From contig JAYWIR010000031.1 in assembly GCA_036172245.1 (NCBI GenBank), forward strand, positions 2,232,001 to 2,296,000: a stretch of DNA of 64,000 bases. The letters are read 5' to 3'. The position numbers and the translations under genes were made by a program. Source of the stretch: Raillietiella orientalis (lineage: Eukaryota). Positions 22,037 to 34,149 of this stretch are shown piece after piece (positions within the stretch are counted from its first letter, which is position 1; each line of letters opens with the position of its first letter). The notes under the pieces were generated by a model. That model saw only the letters and a program-made list of their open reading frames with translations. It searched no databases and was not told the DNA's origin.

Positions 22037-23795
22037 GCCCCGGCCAACCCGTGTGGAAAGTCTTCCACTTCTGAAAGCACCATTTCAGCAGAGTACAGCG
22101 CTTCTTTTCCTGTGCTGCCTATCCACGCGCGACCCCACGAATCGGATCCGCCCGACCTCAAGAACAATTAGTCGCCATGCATCAGGATGTCAGCAGCCCT
22201 CGCGTTCCGCTGGGCAGAGCGAGAGGAGCAGGCAGCCGCGGGCGAGCGCAAATGCGCAAGACGAATTTCTTGCAGCGGCCACGCCCGCGGAGCAGGCAAA
22301 ACGACACACAGAGCGACGTTGAGAAGAGGATACGGAAGAAAAGGAAAACCAGAAAACGGGAAGGGTAAGGGAAAGCTGCGTCCGACGGGGCACCGTAGCA
22401 GGGCACCCCACATGCTCGTTCCTTCCAGGTTGACCTCCCGCCACGACCATGAGCACAGCACGGCTGGAGGAGTGCCCGGTGCCTGCGGCGGCCGCCGCCT
22501 CCCAAAGAAAAGTTTCCGCGGGAGGATGTGGGCCTGCACGTGCTTCGTGCAGTCTCCTCTCCCTCCTCCCGCTCTTCAGATCCGGCCCCAGACTCTCAGG
22601 AAGTTCCTCAGGACTGGACGCGTCCAGCGTTCCGGTTCCTGCGTGGAAAGCATCTATGCACAGGGGGAGGCCTTCTGAAATGCAAGGAAGGCTACGGAGG
22701 AAACACGAAAAAGGTTTGGCAGTTAAGATCAGAGCGTCGTTAAGACTAAGCTCCCCCACTACTTACCGCCCCACGGTACTCGGTTCGGACCGGGGTTGCC
22801 AAGACTCCAAGGAAGCAGTTTCCCCTTCCCTTGCTCAGGATGGTCTTGCAAGAAATCGTCCTCTTCCCCCACGGTTCCTTCCCAGAAACAGACCCTCCGG
22901 CGGAGGGGGGCATTTTCCACCAGAGGGTGAGTGCCAACTGTTCAAGATAGCCCCCTGTGAATCCAGGAAGATTCCGAAGGAAGGGGTCCGTTCCTCTCTG
23001 ACGATTGCAAAGGGAACAGCCCTGGTTGTCTCGGAAGGAAACCCCGAAGAGAACCGACTCCTTGGTTCCTAGAAGGACCCCGGAGGCTCAACTTTCGAAT
23101 ACCGGCCAGTTTACGGGGGCACCCGGTTTCCGGCTCCCCCCAGTGTTGCTGAGACTGAGGAGGGCTCCCTCCCCCTTGGGCAGGTCGCAAAATACGCATT
23201 GGGCGTTGCAGCGCATCTTGCATGGGCTGAATAAAAAATCGTTTCAGGATGCGTACCGGAAACGGCGAATAAATCACCACCACCCGCGAAGGAAGCCCTC
23301 CCGCACCTTCTAGTGGACTGCGTTGCCCTCCGGTCCCTTTGGGGACTCTTTGCCGCGACCGTCTGAGCCCCGGCAGCAACATTAGAGGCGTTGTGCGACT
23401 CCCCTTTGTGCGGGACGCCCGGCAGCCAGCCGCAGCTCTTGCAGCACTTTGCCACCTTCGTGGGATCGTGGCGGCGTGGAGTGACGCTATCCAATTCGCT
23501 CTCCACTTTTTACGGATAGAGCCCAGATGACAGCAAGACCTTGCAGGGATCCTCCAAAGGGTGCAGAGAACTGCCCCCGGCAGAACCTGATCCCTTCCCA
23601 CATCCTCACCCCTCGAATTGTTTCATTTTTGTTTTGTTTCTTTTTCTTTTTGTTTGGCCCCTCCCCTCTGCTGTCGTGGTGGCCCTCACCGGTCTGCGAA
23701 CCGGTAACATGGCAGGGTATCTACAGAAAGAACGTGGTTGGACCGCTGGTCCAACCACAAAAACTGTAAAATGTTTATTTTATTTTAAATAAACG
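22037..23795 (+). mobile_element. Next tandem Tx1-like copy: 5' UTR, ORF1, SINE fragment, internal deletion, ORF2 end and 3' UTR
   Basis: ORF1-like FLRTGRV..KLPHYLPPHG..PCSGWSC (22540-22860), EALPHLLVDCVALRSLW (~23290). The 3' UTR has the hairpin and AAATAAAC. Confidence 0.65.
22940..23135 (-). mobile_element. tRNA-derived SINE, internal fragment (copy E)
   Basis: TTCAAGATAG..CCCTGGTTGTCTCGGAAGGAAACCCCGAAG..CTCCTTGGTTCCT matches copies A, B and D. Confidence 0.7.
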
Positions 23796-24699
23796 CAGTC
23801 ACACGGCCCCAGCGCGGGAGTGTGACTACGGTGCTCCTCCCGACTTCTCAGCAGCAGCGAGGGATGCTGGCGAGCGTATCCTTGACAGCCGGTTTGCCGG
23901 GTCACATGGAGACGGCAGACAGGATTCGCGAGGACGAGCCACGCTTCCTATCTGGGAGAAAGAAGAGCACAGAGCCACCGGAAGGAGTCCGCGGAAACTG
24001 AAAGGCTGACGACAAGAGCAAACATCCGGTGGTGACGTCATAAGCTGTTCCCTGTGTACTGGCAAGGATGCACTTTATCATTCCGAGGATATCCAAGCTC
24101 CCAGACCGGGAGCAAATTTTCACGGGGTAAGCACCACCGCATACATTCCGCTCTCCGGAAGCTCGCAGCACGCTTCACCCTCCGTGGCTGCCTCTCCTCT
24201 CTGTCTCTTCTCTCCGCGAAAGTCCGCTTCCTTTGGCAACTTTCGCCCCGGTTCCTCTTCGGTTAACCAGGTGCACGCTGGCTGCCCATTCGCATTCAAT
24301 AATTCCGTGACCGTGACTGTGCGTGTGTTCCTGCTGGAAAATCAGGAATGCTCATCGGGGGGGCGAGTATCCTCCAAGATTGCTGTCAAGGCATTCGGGT
24401 CGTCGCAGCTTCCCTAAAGACCTTCGCTCCGCTGCTGTCTCCTCGGATCGTTCCTCCATCCACCGTTGCTAGCCGGTTCCAGCGGGTATTTCCGTCCCTG
24501 CGTTGGCTATCAACCGGGAGGAACCAGGATGCGTCGCATGACGTTGGCTCCTTCAGCATAGTTTTCCGAATTTCCGGTGACGACCGCCTAACAGATCAAC
24601 GCGCTCCTCTAATTATCTGCATCCGCCAGGCACTGCAACGGGCGCCGGAAGAGAGAGCGCTCTGTCGATAGGAGTTCAATAGCGAGCTAAATATAAACG

Positions 24700-24960
24700 A
24701 GCGTCGGATCTGAAGAAGAAACTGGGGAATTTTATGGAAGAGGGGCGTCGGTAGTGTGTCTTGCATGTGCCTCCATCGGTTGTTTGGGACACGTCGGGCC
24801 ACTCTGGCGGCTGCCCGAATCGTGCGGGAGCTGCACGTGAACAGGGAAAAAGATGCGAAACGGACAGACGGACAGTTCGGGCTGCTGCATCCAGAGGAAT
24901 CACGAAACAAATTGGAGCAAAGCAGCCAACTTCCTGTTGTACTGCTTCCGTCTTCCCTCA
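24700..24960 (-). pseudogene. Possible THAP zinc-finger remnant from a DNA transposon
   Basis: GCSSPNC..SLF..LPHD..R..NRW..LFH..F across a frameshift resembles the THAP pattern. The match is weak. Confidence 0.3.
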
Positions 24961-25599
24961 TTTTCCATCATGGTCACGAATTCCCCATACGAGAACACGG
25001 CTGTTTTTCCGTAAAGAGCCCTTGTCGAAACACGAAATACGCAACAAATTAGAGAAAAATATTCTATGCTTTAACGTATAATGACGGTCATGCTGACTCT
25101 ACAGCTATTCCTTCCTACAGTCAATGGCAGAGGCATGTATGCAGTGTGCTTTGCCCTGCTGTTCGGGCTGCAAGTGTGCGAAATGGGCGTAGGCATCCAC
25201 TGCATTTAAGATAGAGAGGAACCAAGGGAAAGAAGGAAGAGGAAGGATGCTAGCAAAGCCTTGTGCGCAGCTGCACATGCCCCTTGGGGTGATGGTCCAA
25301 TACCACAATCTCCCGCTCCGATGAAAAGGCACGACGTTCCAAATTAGCTGAGGTAACCATGGCTATCTTTGTGTTCTTGAGGATCTGTCCCGAACGGCTG
25401 CCTCTGTTAATCGGTGGACCAAATAATCATAATCCACTGTATATTATAATATCGTATCCAGTGATGAATATAGGGGAGGGGGAATTTTTTTTCCTCATCT
25501 TTATTATTTTGAATATTTAAATACGTTATTCTTTTTTGAAAAGAGAAATGGAATGAACGATCATCTTTTTCGCCTTCGATTTGATGGACCACGTTCTGG

Positions 25600-27000
25600 T
25601 GGATCCTTCCAGTCAGATCGTATGCACCTTAAGGTGCCAAGGTGTTTCGAGGTCTCAGACGTTGATGCTGCCCTCGCAGCTATGCTCGAAATCCAGAGGG
25701 TGCGTCACTGATCCTTTTTAAATCTATTTTGGGGATGCTCGGAAACAAATGCAGAGTGGAAAACGCAAAGGGATTCGATTGATGACGGCTGTTCTGGATC
25801 CACTAATGAATAAATGGACTTCATGAATAGATGATCCTTCAAACCTTTCATGTTTTTCACATGATAAAGCTCTGACATTTTGTTCCAAGGATCCTTAGGG
25901 ATGCCCAATTTACTCTTCAGGCAGCTCGAGAAGAGTTTCTCCTGACTTCTAATTGGAAATGGAACATCGAATGGACCGCAGTCAAATTCATCCATGGAAA
26001 GAGCTTCAGATTGCATGAAGAGGAGTCAAGATTTTTCAAAGCTTCCGGGAGGCTGCCTCTCTTTCGGCGAGATGCTGACTCAAGGTTGTGATCTTTGCTT
26101 CTGTTCCTGCACGGCCTTGCTTTACTGAGACAATTTTCGCTCCCGAGGACTCTTTCCAACTCTTTCTCCGTTTCCGTGGAAGAGAGAGGAGGTCTCCCTC
26201 ATCATTTGCTTGTTTGTCTCGAAAACACCTGAGGGCAAGGAAACGGACTCCCTTTAACCCTTCCACCGTCCTCCGATCCCAAATTTGCGAAATGCTTGCA
26301 GTCGGCATTTTTCTTATTCGAATGCGCGCCAAAAAAGTCGGGCATTTCTGCTTCTTGGTGGGATTGCGAACGCGCAGGCACCGCGACGAAAGCTGGAGAG
26401 TCAGGTATCCACGGAAACCGCGATTCCACTTGAACTTGGCCGATTTATCTGAGACAACCTTAGTGGGATCCACGCAAGCTTTGCCAGATAGTGCGGTTCC
26501 CTCCTACTGAGATGCAATCGCATGAGCCCCGGAACGGCCGTGAAGTATCTCGTGAAGCACGTTGGATGAAGTCACCTTTGATGGAAGAAACTTTTGACAT
26601 GAGCAGCCCTCGACCGCGTTAAAGAAGGGGGGAGGGGGGATCAGGGAAACTCGTTAACCTATTTGAATAAAAATTTGGATCTTTTCCGTGAAGCCGAGAA
26701 GGGAACAAAGGTCTGAAAAGGAAGATCGGCTATTTTGCTGGTGAAGATGATACATATATACCCACTGCAACACCGTTCGATTCCATAAGAGAAAATGTAG
26801 CAAGTGACTCTGGGATGATGGAATGGGCGGAAGGAGAAAACGAACCATGATCTGGGCACCGTCATGAACGCTCCTATGGAGCACGCAGAAGAGAAGATTT
26901 CGATGTTCCAAAATTTGATGTTGGCAAAGTTATTGGCCACCCATTCCATTTAGCCGCTGAGTGTTCCGAAAGTGTTCGCGACATTCTTCTCCTGAGAAGA
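25600..27000 (-). mobile_element. L1/Tx1-like AP-endonuclease and linker remnant
   Basis: Motifs: SNGVAVGI, GSCDCI (GDFNC), RCLRVRNPTKKQKCPTF (DxWRxxNP..TF), RKSWKESS (WKxN). Confidence 0.55.
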
Positions 27001-27449
27001 AGAATACGGGAAAAAGCAATCGGGAAGAAGCTCGGATGAAATTTTATGCCGTATCGTCATCATCTAACCACATACGCTAACATTATTTTTTACTTTTGTA
27101 ATGTTACTAAATTCGTTCATTTGATTATTATAGAAATTCGTGTTACTGTTCGACAATTTGGTTTCTTTTATTTGATTATCCGAGATTCCTTTTTTTTTTT
27201 TTTTTTTCTCCGATAACCCATCAGCCCCATTCTTCTACAAAGGCAACAGCACTTCTAAAATTTCGATTCCGGCTAAAGGTCACCCGTTGTCACGGTGACC
27301 GAATATCGAAAGTGCACTGCGTTTGTTTGCAGTGCTGCTGCTATGCCAAGACTGCACGTCTTCGGGATGGCTCGTGGTTATACGGCATAGTTGGGGCGCC
27401 TCTCATGCTTGAGGGAATTCCATTCCGGACTTTTGCCACACACTCTCTC

Positions 27450-30400
27450 TTTCTTTTTTTTCTTTTAGCACCACGAGAGGCGTGCTTTATGTGTGAAAGC
27501 TAATTGCTGTCTCTTACTGAGGTCAAGTGGGTTATTCATCCTTATGGTTTGACTGGCAGCTCTGGATAGTCCTTCATATAGTGGATCGTACAATTAAATT
27601 TGAGCAAATCCAACAGTTATACCTTCTTGAGCAGTTCTTTAATAAAATATACTTTCGAAATTTCTAATTGGCTCTTTTGGTGGGATGAGAATTTTGTGAA
27701 TACCTCCAGAAGAGACGGACAGCTGTTTTGATTTTGTAGGCATGCAATACATTCGATTAGGGAACAGGGAAATTCTACGCCCTGCTCAAAATGGCCTTCC
27801 ACATGTTCCAGAAAGTTGGAAAGTTGAGTTTTGTAGGATTCACTGCGACACTACAATGAAGTAATGATCAGATGAATCAAAGTGCACACCTTTTCATTTT
27901 CACTTTCATGCATGCGTTTGGATTCACTTGAATGGATTTGCATCGGACAAAGTGATCCAAGAAGGGTCCTTCTTAGCCGATGCAAGTGTATGATATGCAA
28001 GGGGGGGGGGGGAAACACCAAAACACACACTCACTGCATGGGAGAGATGACGATTCCCGAAAATGAAGATATTCCTAAAACCATGTCCTAGCAGCAGATG
28101 AGTCTGGAACGTGAGATTTCAAGAGATCGGTTAACAACGAACACAGAGTTGTTGTTCATTCAATAAGCCTTCGCCTGCTCTGCTTAATTGCAAATGTAAT
28201 CATAGTTCTTTTTTTTCTTTTTACCACGGAAGCCACTTCCTGAGCTCCTTCGGGAAAGCAATGGCGAAAGGGATCTTAGTTAAATAAGGGAGAAGTTTGC
28301 CTTTGTATCCGACCACAGTACCAGAATGCTGTGGAATAAGTTTTGGATTAAGGAACGTAATCTGGAGAATTTCAACCGAGAACGTGTCAGCGGCGGAAAG
28401 CCGCAGGTGAGGTGCTGCAACGGGGCACTGCCGCTCTGGTCTCATGATCATCACGTTGCCACGGAACAGGAACGATCTCTGGGCACAAGGCTTCCCTACT
28501 TCCGAACTCCGCCCTGCTTATCATCGCGAAAGCTCATGCCACTTATGATCCTCAGACACATTATTTGTTACCCCGATCAACTGGAAGCTGCGACTACTTG
28601 GGGCGAGCCTTATGAGATGAAAGCAAAGCTGGGAGAAGGCAGTTTTGGCTCAGCTGTTCACAAGGAAGATGTCAAGACGTTTGTTACTCAGGTTCTCTAG
28701 CCGCATGGTTGAAGCTTGCGTTTCCTCCGATGCTTAGAAGTTTCCTCAGTGTCTCGGGGGTCTAAAATTTATATAGTCATTTTTTCTTTTCTTCGTTGTC
28801 CCCATTTTGCGATACACTCCTCTGAAGAATGCGTTTCAATGTGATCCCGAGATGCTTATCTGCAAACCACATCGTCTCCCTGGAAGCGTGTTTCCGGGAA
28901 GATGAATAGGATACATGCAGAGCATCATCCTTACAGATGAAAGCCTTTTCCTCATACAGGAGAAAAGATGAAAGGAAAAATGCTTTGGAGCAGGCGATGA
29001 AACTCCTCGAGAAAAATTTAAAAGCAAAGAGGCACTCGAGGTATCGAAACGAATGGAGGGACAAAATTCTTGCTCACAAAATTATCAAAAACTCCGCCGA
29101 ATGAAAATTCAGAAGAACTCATAAAAAGGAAAACTTTGTTTTTATTTTTTACCCCTATCATTCTGGAAATGGAGATATGGTGCTTTGAAAGTGAGGTTCT
29201 CTGATGTGTTGCGTCGGGACCTCGTTCACCAGCTTGCTATGCCTGCACGGTGGGCCATGAAGTGTGCATACACGGAAGCCACAGAGCCCATCCTGAATTG
29301 CAAATCTTCGGGCGAAATCTGGAGATCTCAGCTGCACTTCTTCTGCTGGAGAAAAAGTTTCGACGGCGTTCGTGGCATCGCTTAGCCATGGATGTGGCTG
29401 AGGGAAAATTTTTCTTGCTTTCTTTTTCAGGCACCCTACGCCAGTTTATCGCCTCGCTGTATCTCCGTGTCTTTATGAATCATCCTTTATCTAAGCATAG
29501 CCACGTGCATGCGCGTATGTGATTCATTAAGCGTGGTGACAGCCACGTTTGTGAGGCTTTTCACGGATTCCATCATCGCTCCAATGTTTCCATGTTTTCA
29601 AGGAAACGTATTTCAGAACATCCCAGAGATTCTTCTAAACTTTCGAACTGCAGATTGCCAAGAGCGTGAATTTCATAGGTAGCGCCGTAGGCAAGAGGCT
29701 GCAGAAGAACCCTTGAAATGAATCCAGTTTTGATCTTCAGCGAAAGTCGGAAACGTCATTGGGCAATTTGCATTGTCCACTTATCTGTGTGTCCATCTCA
29801 CTCTTCCAATCAGATGCCTCTTTTAAAGTGTTCCCATTAATTAACGAACTGTCAGTAAATCAGACTGCTGCTTTATACCATTAGCAAATCAGATAGCAGC
29901 AGTTTAGTAAATATCTACCGTTAGTCAGGATCCAGTGATTCCCTCTATTCTAAATCAACGAGACCAGCCCGTGGAAGCAATGGCACCTTTCTTGCATCTT
30001 TTCTCTGCAGGAGTCTTGAAAGAAGTCCAAATCGGAATTCAGAAGGAGAGCCACAAGAGTGGAAGCCACGGTTCCTGGATTAATCAAGTGGATTGGGGGT
30101 AAGCCATCAGCGGAGGATGGGGGAACCGTGTGAGGCGAGGTGTGCGATGTTTTAGAAGGCGAAGCCTGCACAGTGCAGAAGCCCATAAATTTCAATTTCC
30201 ACGAGTATGCCTGCATATTTGGAAAACCTAATTACTATTTAGATAAACACATCCATAAATATTCTGTTTCGTGAGTCCAGAGAACAAGTGTAGAGAGAGC
30301 TATCCAACCCGTGCAAGATATACCCTGAAGATACGTAAACGTTTTTTAGATGCGCTGATAATCGCGGAATCTCTTCCTTTCGAACTTTCACAACTTTTTG

Positions 30401-32350
30401 AAGTCTCTGTGTGTGTGCTTTTTCTCCCGGTAGTACATCTTTGTCTGTATCTACCGAAGAATGGTTGGTGTTCTTACTCTTTGGGTACTTGTTCTATCAA
30501 AGTTGGGGACGTTTCCTATAGGGAGGAATGATTTCTAGCACCCCATCAATAAATGGTTCTCATTCCCAGTACCACCGGTGCCGACCCCCCGGATTCCATG
30601 CAGTGAATATCAGCATTTTAGAAATCATGCAAAGCCTTCAAAGATGGCGTGCACTTCAAAGCCGTAAGTACCATTCCTTTGAATTTCCATAGAAAACAAC
30701 AGTTCAAGAAAAGAGGCTGCACAAATAAAATCGAGACAGCAACAAAAAATAAAAAGTACATATTTTGCGTATGGTACGCATTCATCATCTCAGTATGGAC
30801 ATTTTACGTATCTGCGCGCGTTCTACTTCCATGTAAAAATCCTTATCGAGTGTCCATGAAAGCAAACTCTTCTTGGAGATGTACACTTCTGGAGTCAAAG
30901 CGACGCACTTTCGAGTATTTTTTCCGATCCCAAGGGATAAAAAAAAATTTCCGTTTTTGGAAGGTCTTTTTTTTTTTTTTAGATCAAGCATTCTCGGTGA
31001 ACGTCCATAAATTTCCAAACCTTCATTACTTGAGTGAGCTGCCGTTTTCTTCCTATATGATATCTGCAGCATTTCTATTTTTAAGCAAATGTTATGCAAC
31101 TCTTACACTTGCGAGCGTAATGATTATTCTTCGACAAAAATATGCCCCCATTGTGCATTCTCTGCGGAAAATGCCTGAAACGCTTCTTCGTACCGTGGGG
31201 CAACCTTGAAAATCCTGTACGTGCCTTTTTATTCACCGTTTTATGGACTTTTATCCACCCAGAATAGTTCACTCCGTTATCTCTTCGCCCTATCCGGGAG
31301 AGCAGTGGGGTTTCGAGATGGTTCCGGCCTCAATCGACGCAGACGAGTGTCGGGTCCAGCGCCGATGACAGCAATTATCGGGGATATTAATCTTTTAATC
31401 AACTGCGCTCGCCGAATCGCGGAAAATCAGAGGACGAGCGCTCGGCGGGAGGGCGGATGCTGGGAAGAGCGCGCGAGTTCGACTGCCGGTCCAGAAAACT
31501 GCCCTCCTTGCATTGCACGTTCCTTGCGATCCCGGAGAGCCCCGGGGACCTGCCCGCGCCTCTTCCGTCGCTGCACAGCGGTTCCAGATGGCTCGAAATC
31601 CGGCATTATCGCTCTTCTTCTTCTTCCTTTCGAAGTGATTCCAGCAGATCCCAGCGCTGGCGCATCTCTAACACTCTTGCACGGTCCCACACGGGATCTT
31701 GACAGGTCACACGAAGTACACCTTCTGCAACAAGCGCTTTCCTCGTACATTCAAATTACAGCCATTTACCCGCGACATTTCCACTGTGCTTGCAATTATG
31801 CATATCTCCCGGCTGGTCCTGGCATCCGAGGTCACATTCAAGATGAAGTTCGTGGGGAATTTCCAAAGATGGAAGTTAATTGAGGTCCGAAAGCCTTCCG
31901 GAAATAAGCGCACCGGTAAAACGCCTAAAGGGTTTGAAAGGGAGATCCTCAAAATCACCACGAGACAAGGAATTGACCGAAAAAATTCCCGGCTTTCTTC
32001 CCAGCGACTGCGCATCTCGGAAAGCGCTTGGGTATTTCTGCCTTGGTCGGTAGCTGGATGACTGATTCCACAAGTTCTTTAAAGACCGAAGAGCAGCATC
32101 TCCAGAACTTCAGCAATAGCGAGTGCGCGCATCGCCGCTGGAGCTACTCGCCTCCTGGAACACGCAGAAAGTTAGTCGCGGAAGATTGGGTTAGGGAAGG
32201 AAGGAATGCTTCAAAGAGAGCATGCATTACACCAGACCAAGGAATTTGGAACTCTATATTGGGAATCGTAAGGATTGATTTTTTTTTTTTTTTTTTTCCC
32301 AGCACGAACAGTCAGACGTGAGTCCTCTTAGTGAGCATCCAGCCGTATTC
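27450..32350 (-). mobile_element. Near full-length degraded L1/Tx1-like LINE (ORF1 + ORF2)
   Basis: ORF1: YEESACCRRCTSC (31750). Endonuclease: KTFTYLQG, YSWKLK. RT: SLTNVAVTTLNESH..RM, SMAKRCHER, KHLGITL. C-terminus: EKVCTLIHLI..C. Confidence 0.6.
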
Positions 32351-32862
32351 AGACAAAGACATCCGAAAATTTCGTCAGTCGGTGGGAATTGCAACATCAA
32401 GTTTGGAATATAAAGATTCCTCGAAGACGTCTTTTGCTATAATTCTTGAAATTTCGTCATATTCTTATCTTTCTCTCTTCCTCCTCCTTTTTTTTTTTTT
32501 TTCAGAAAAAATAAATGCCAGGATTTTTTCTCCCGGATGATGTTGACTTTGGCTTTTTTACATGATCCTATTCCAATGAATGTAAGGAAACGGTTTTTGG
32601 AAATGTCACAAAAAATCTGATATTATATGCTGGCACTTCTGCTTGTTTCCATCGTAAGGTACACTTTCATAAGTATGGTCGTATCGTATGGGGTCGTCGT
32701 CAGTACCAAAGTTCATGACTGACAACAAATATTTCCCGTAGCTGCATGAATGAGCTCTGTTTGAAAGGCAGCCGCCACAATCGACCCTTTAGACCTCCAA
32801 TTAGAAGGAACGCTTCTAAAAAAAAAAAAAAAAAAAATGTCACAGATAGAAGATTCTCGGCA

Positions 32863-33750
32863 TTAACCCTAGAAGGGTAAGGTGGCGTCATATACGACAA
32901 CACCCAGGAACCAAAATGTACACACTCTCTGCCTTGGTCAGTGTTGAGGGCAGCCACCTCCAACCAGGCCTTCCGTGTGCCTGCAGTCGCGATGGCGTGC
33001 ACACTGGCTCTGGTTTTGTTTTCGTTTCGTACCTCCGATTGTGTACGCGTACACGAGACCACGTCTTACATTTCACGTCGCACATTCTAAAAAATTTGTA
33101 GCCGTGGCCTCTCATGATAAAATTTTCACTCAAAATGAACCGGAAGGGTTGACTGGACGCAATGAGAGGGGGGGAGGGAACGAATCGGGAAGAGCTTTCA
33201 TCTGATGAAGACCAGGATTTAGACGACGGAAATTCGGGAGCAAAGAGCGTACCAGACGACGAATTTTCAGCTGATGAAAGTGACGTGGATGGCCATTGAG
33301 AGTTTTTTTTATGGAATGTTAGACGGGACTGGGATGAACTCGCAGGTGGTGTTCATTGCCCTGGAAATCCAAATCATAAAGTGATTTCCAGAGAAATGTC
33401 CCTTCAAAATTTAGAGTACCAGCTCGTGGCACCTCATATGGAAAGGCTGTTACAATGCAAAAATCTGTCTATCATTTCATCTGAGGTCCCACAAAGTGTT
33501 CCCCAAGAACCTCTAGCCGTCCAGAGGCACTGCGAAATGTTCCCACGTTCCAGTCGACCGGAAAGGAAGGGAAAGGTGTGCCTGTTGCGAACAGGTCACG
33601 TGCGTCCAACGCCGAATTATGCTGTGAGTTTGCAAATAACTTGCAAAGATAATTTGTAATTCATCAACAAAATAAAATGTTCATGAAAAATTATTAAGTT
33701 TTTATCATTTCAATCGGTGTCCTATATGACACCACGTAACCATTTATGCA
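32863..33750 (+). mobile_element. Internally deleted piggyBac element
   Basis: 5' end is TTAA|CCCTAGAAGGG. Subterminal inverted repeat GTGGCGTCATATACGACAAC (32882) vs GGTGTCCTATATGACACCAC (33716). Acidic N-terminus SDEDQDLDD..DESD; Cys-rich end RHCEM..CLL..CKD. The 3' TTAA is not visible. Confidence 0.7.
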
Positions 33751-34149
33751 CAAAATCGTCACGTTCCAGGGTCGGATCATTCGAAAGAGACATTTTTTTC
33801 ACTTCTTCGCACGTAAGAAGAGTCTGTTGCCACCCGGTCACGCCGGGGCGACGTAAGAAGTGTCTGCAGCAAAACGAAACTCCGCTTTCAAGAGCTGATT
33901 GCTTCTTTCTTGCAGCTCAGCGTTTATTCCATACTTTATTATAGGATGCGATCAATTTTATTTTTTTTACTTGCTTTGAACCCTCTTGCCGTAATTAAAA
34001 GCAAAGCAAAATCTGGCATGAAGCTGCATTTTTGACCTGTAGCAACAACGGGTCATCAATTTGAAGCAGCTGAAAGGAATGCTAACGAAACACCTCCAGG
34101 TAACTCTTTCCGCCTCAGATATTCTTCTCAACAAATAATAGCGCGCCCA

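Noticed and set aside
27450..27800. hAT transposase dimerisation domain (KDYPEL-like)
   Set aside because: Better explained as the collinear C-terminus of the minus-strand LINE ORF2.
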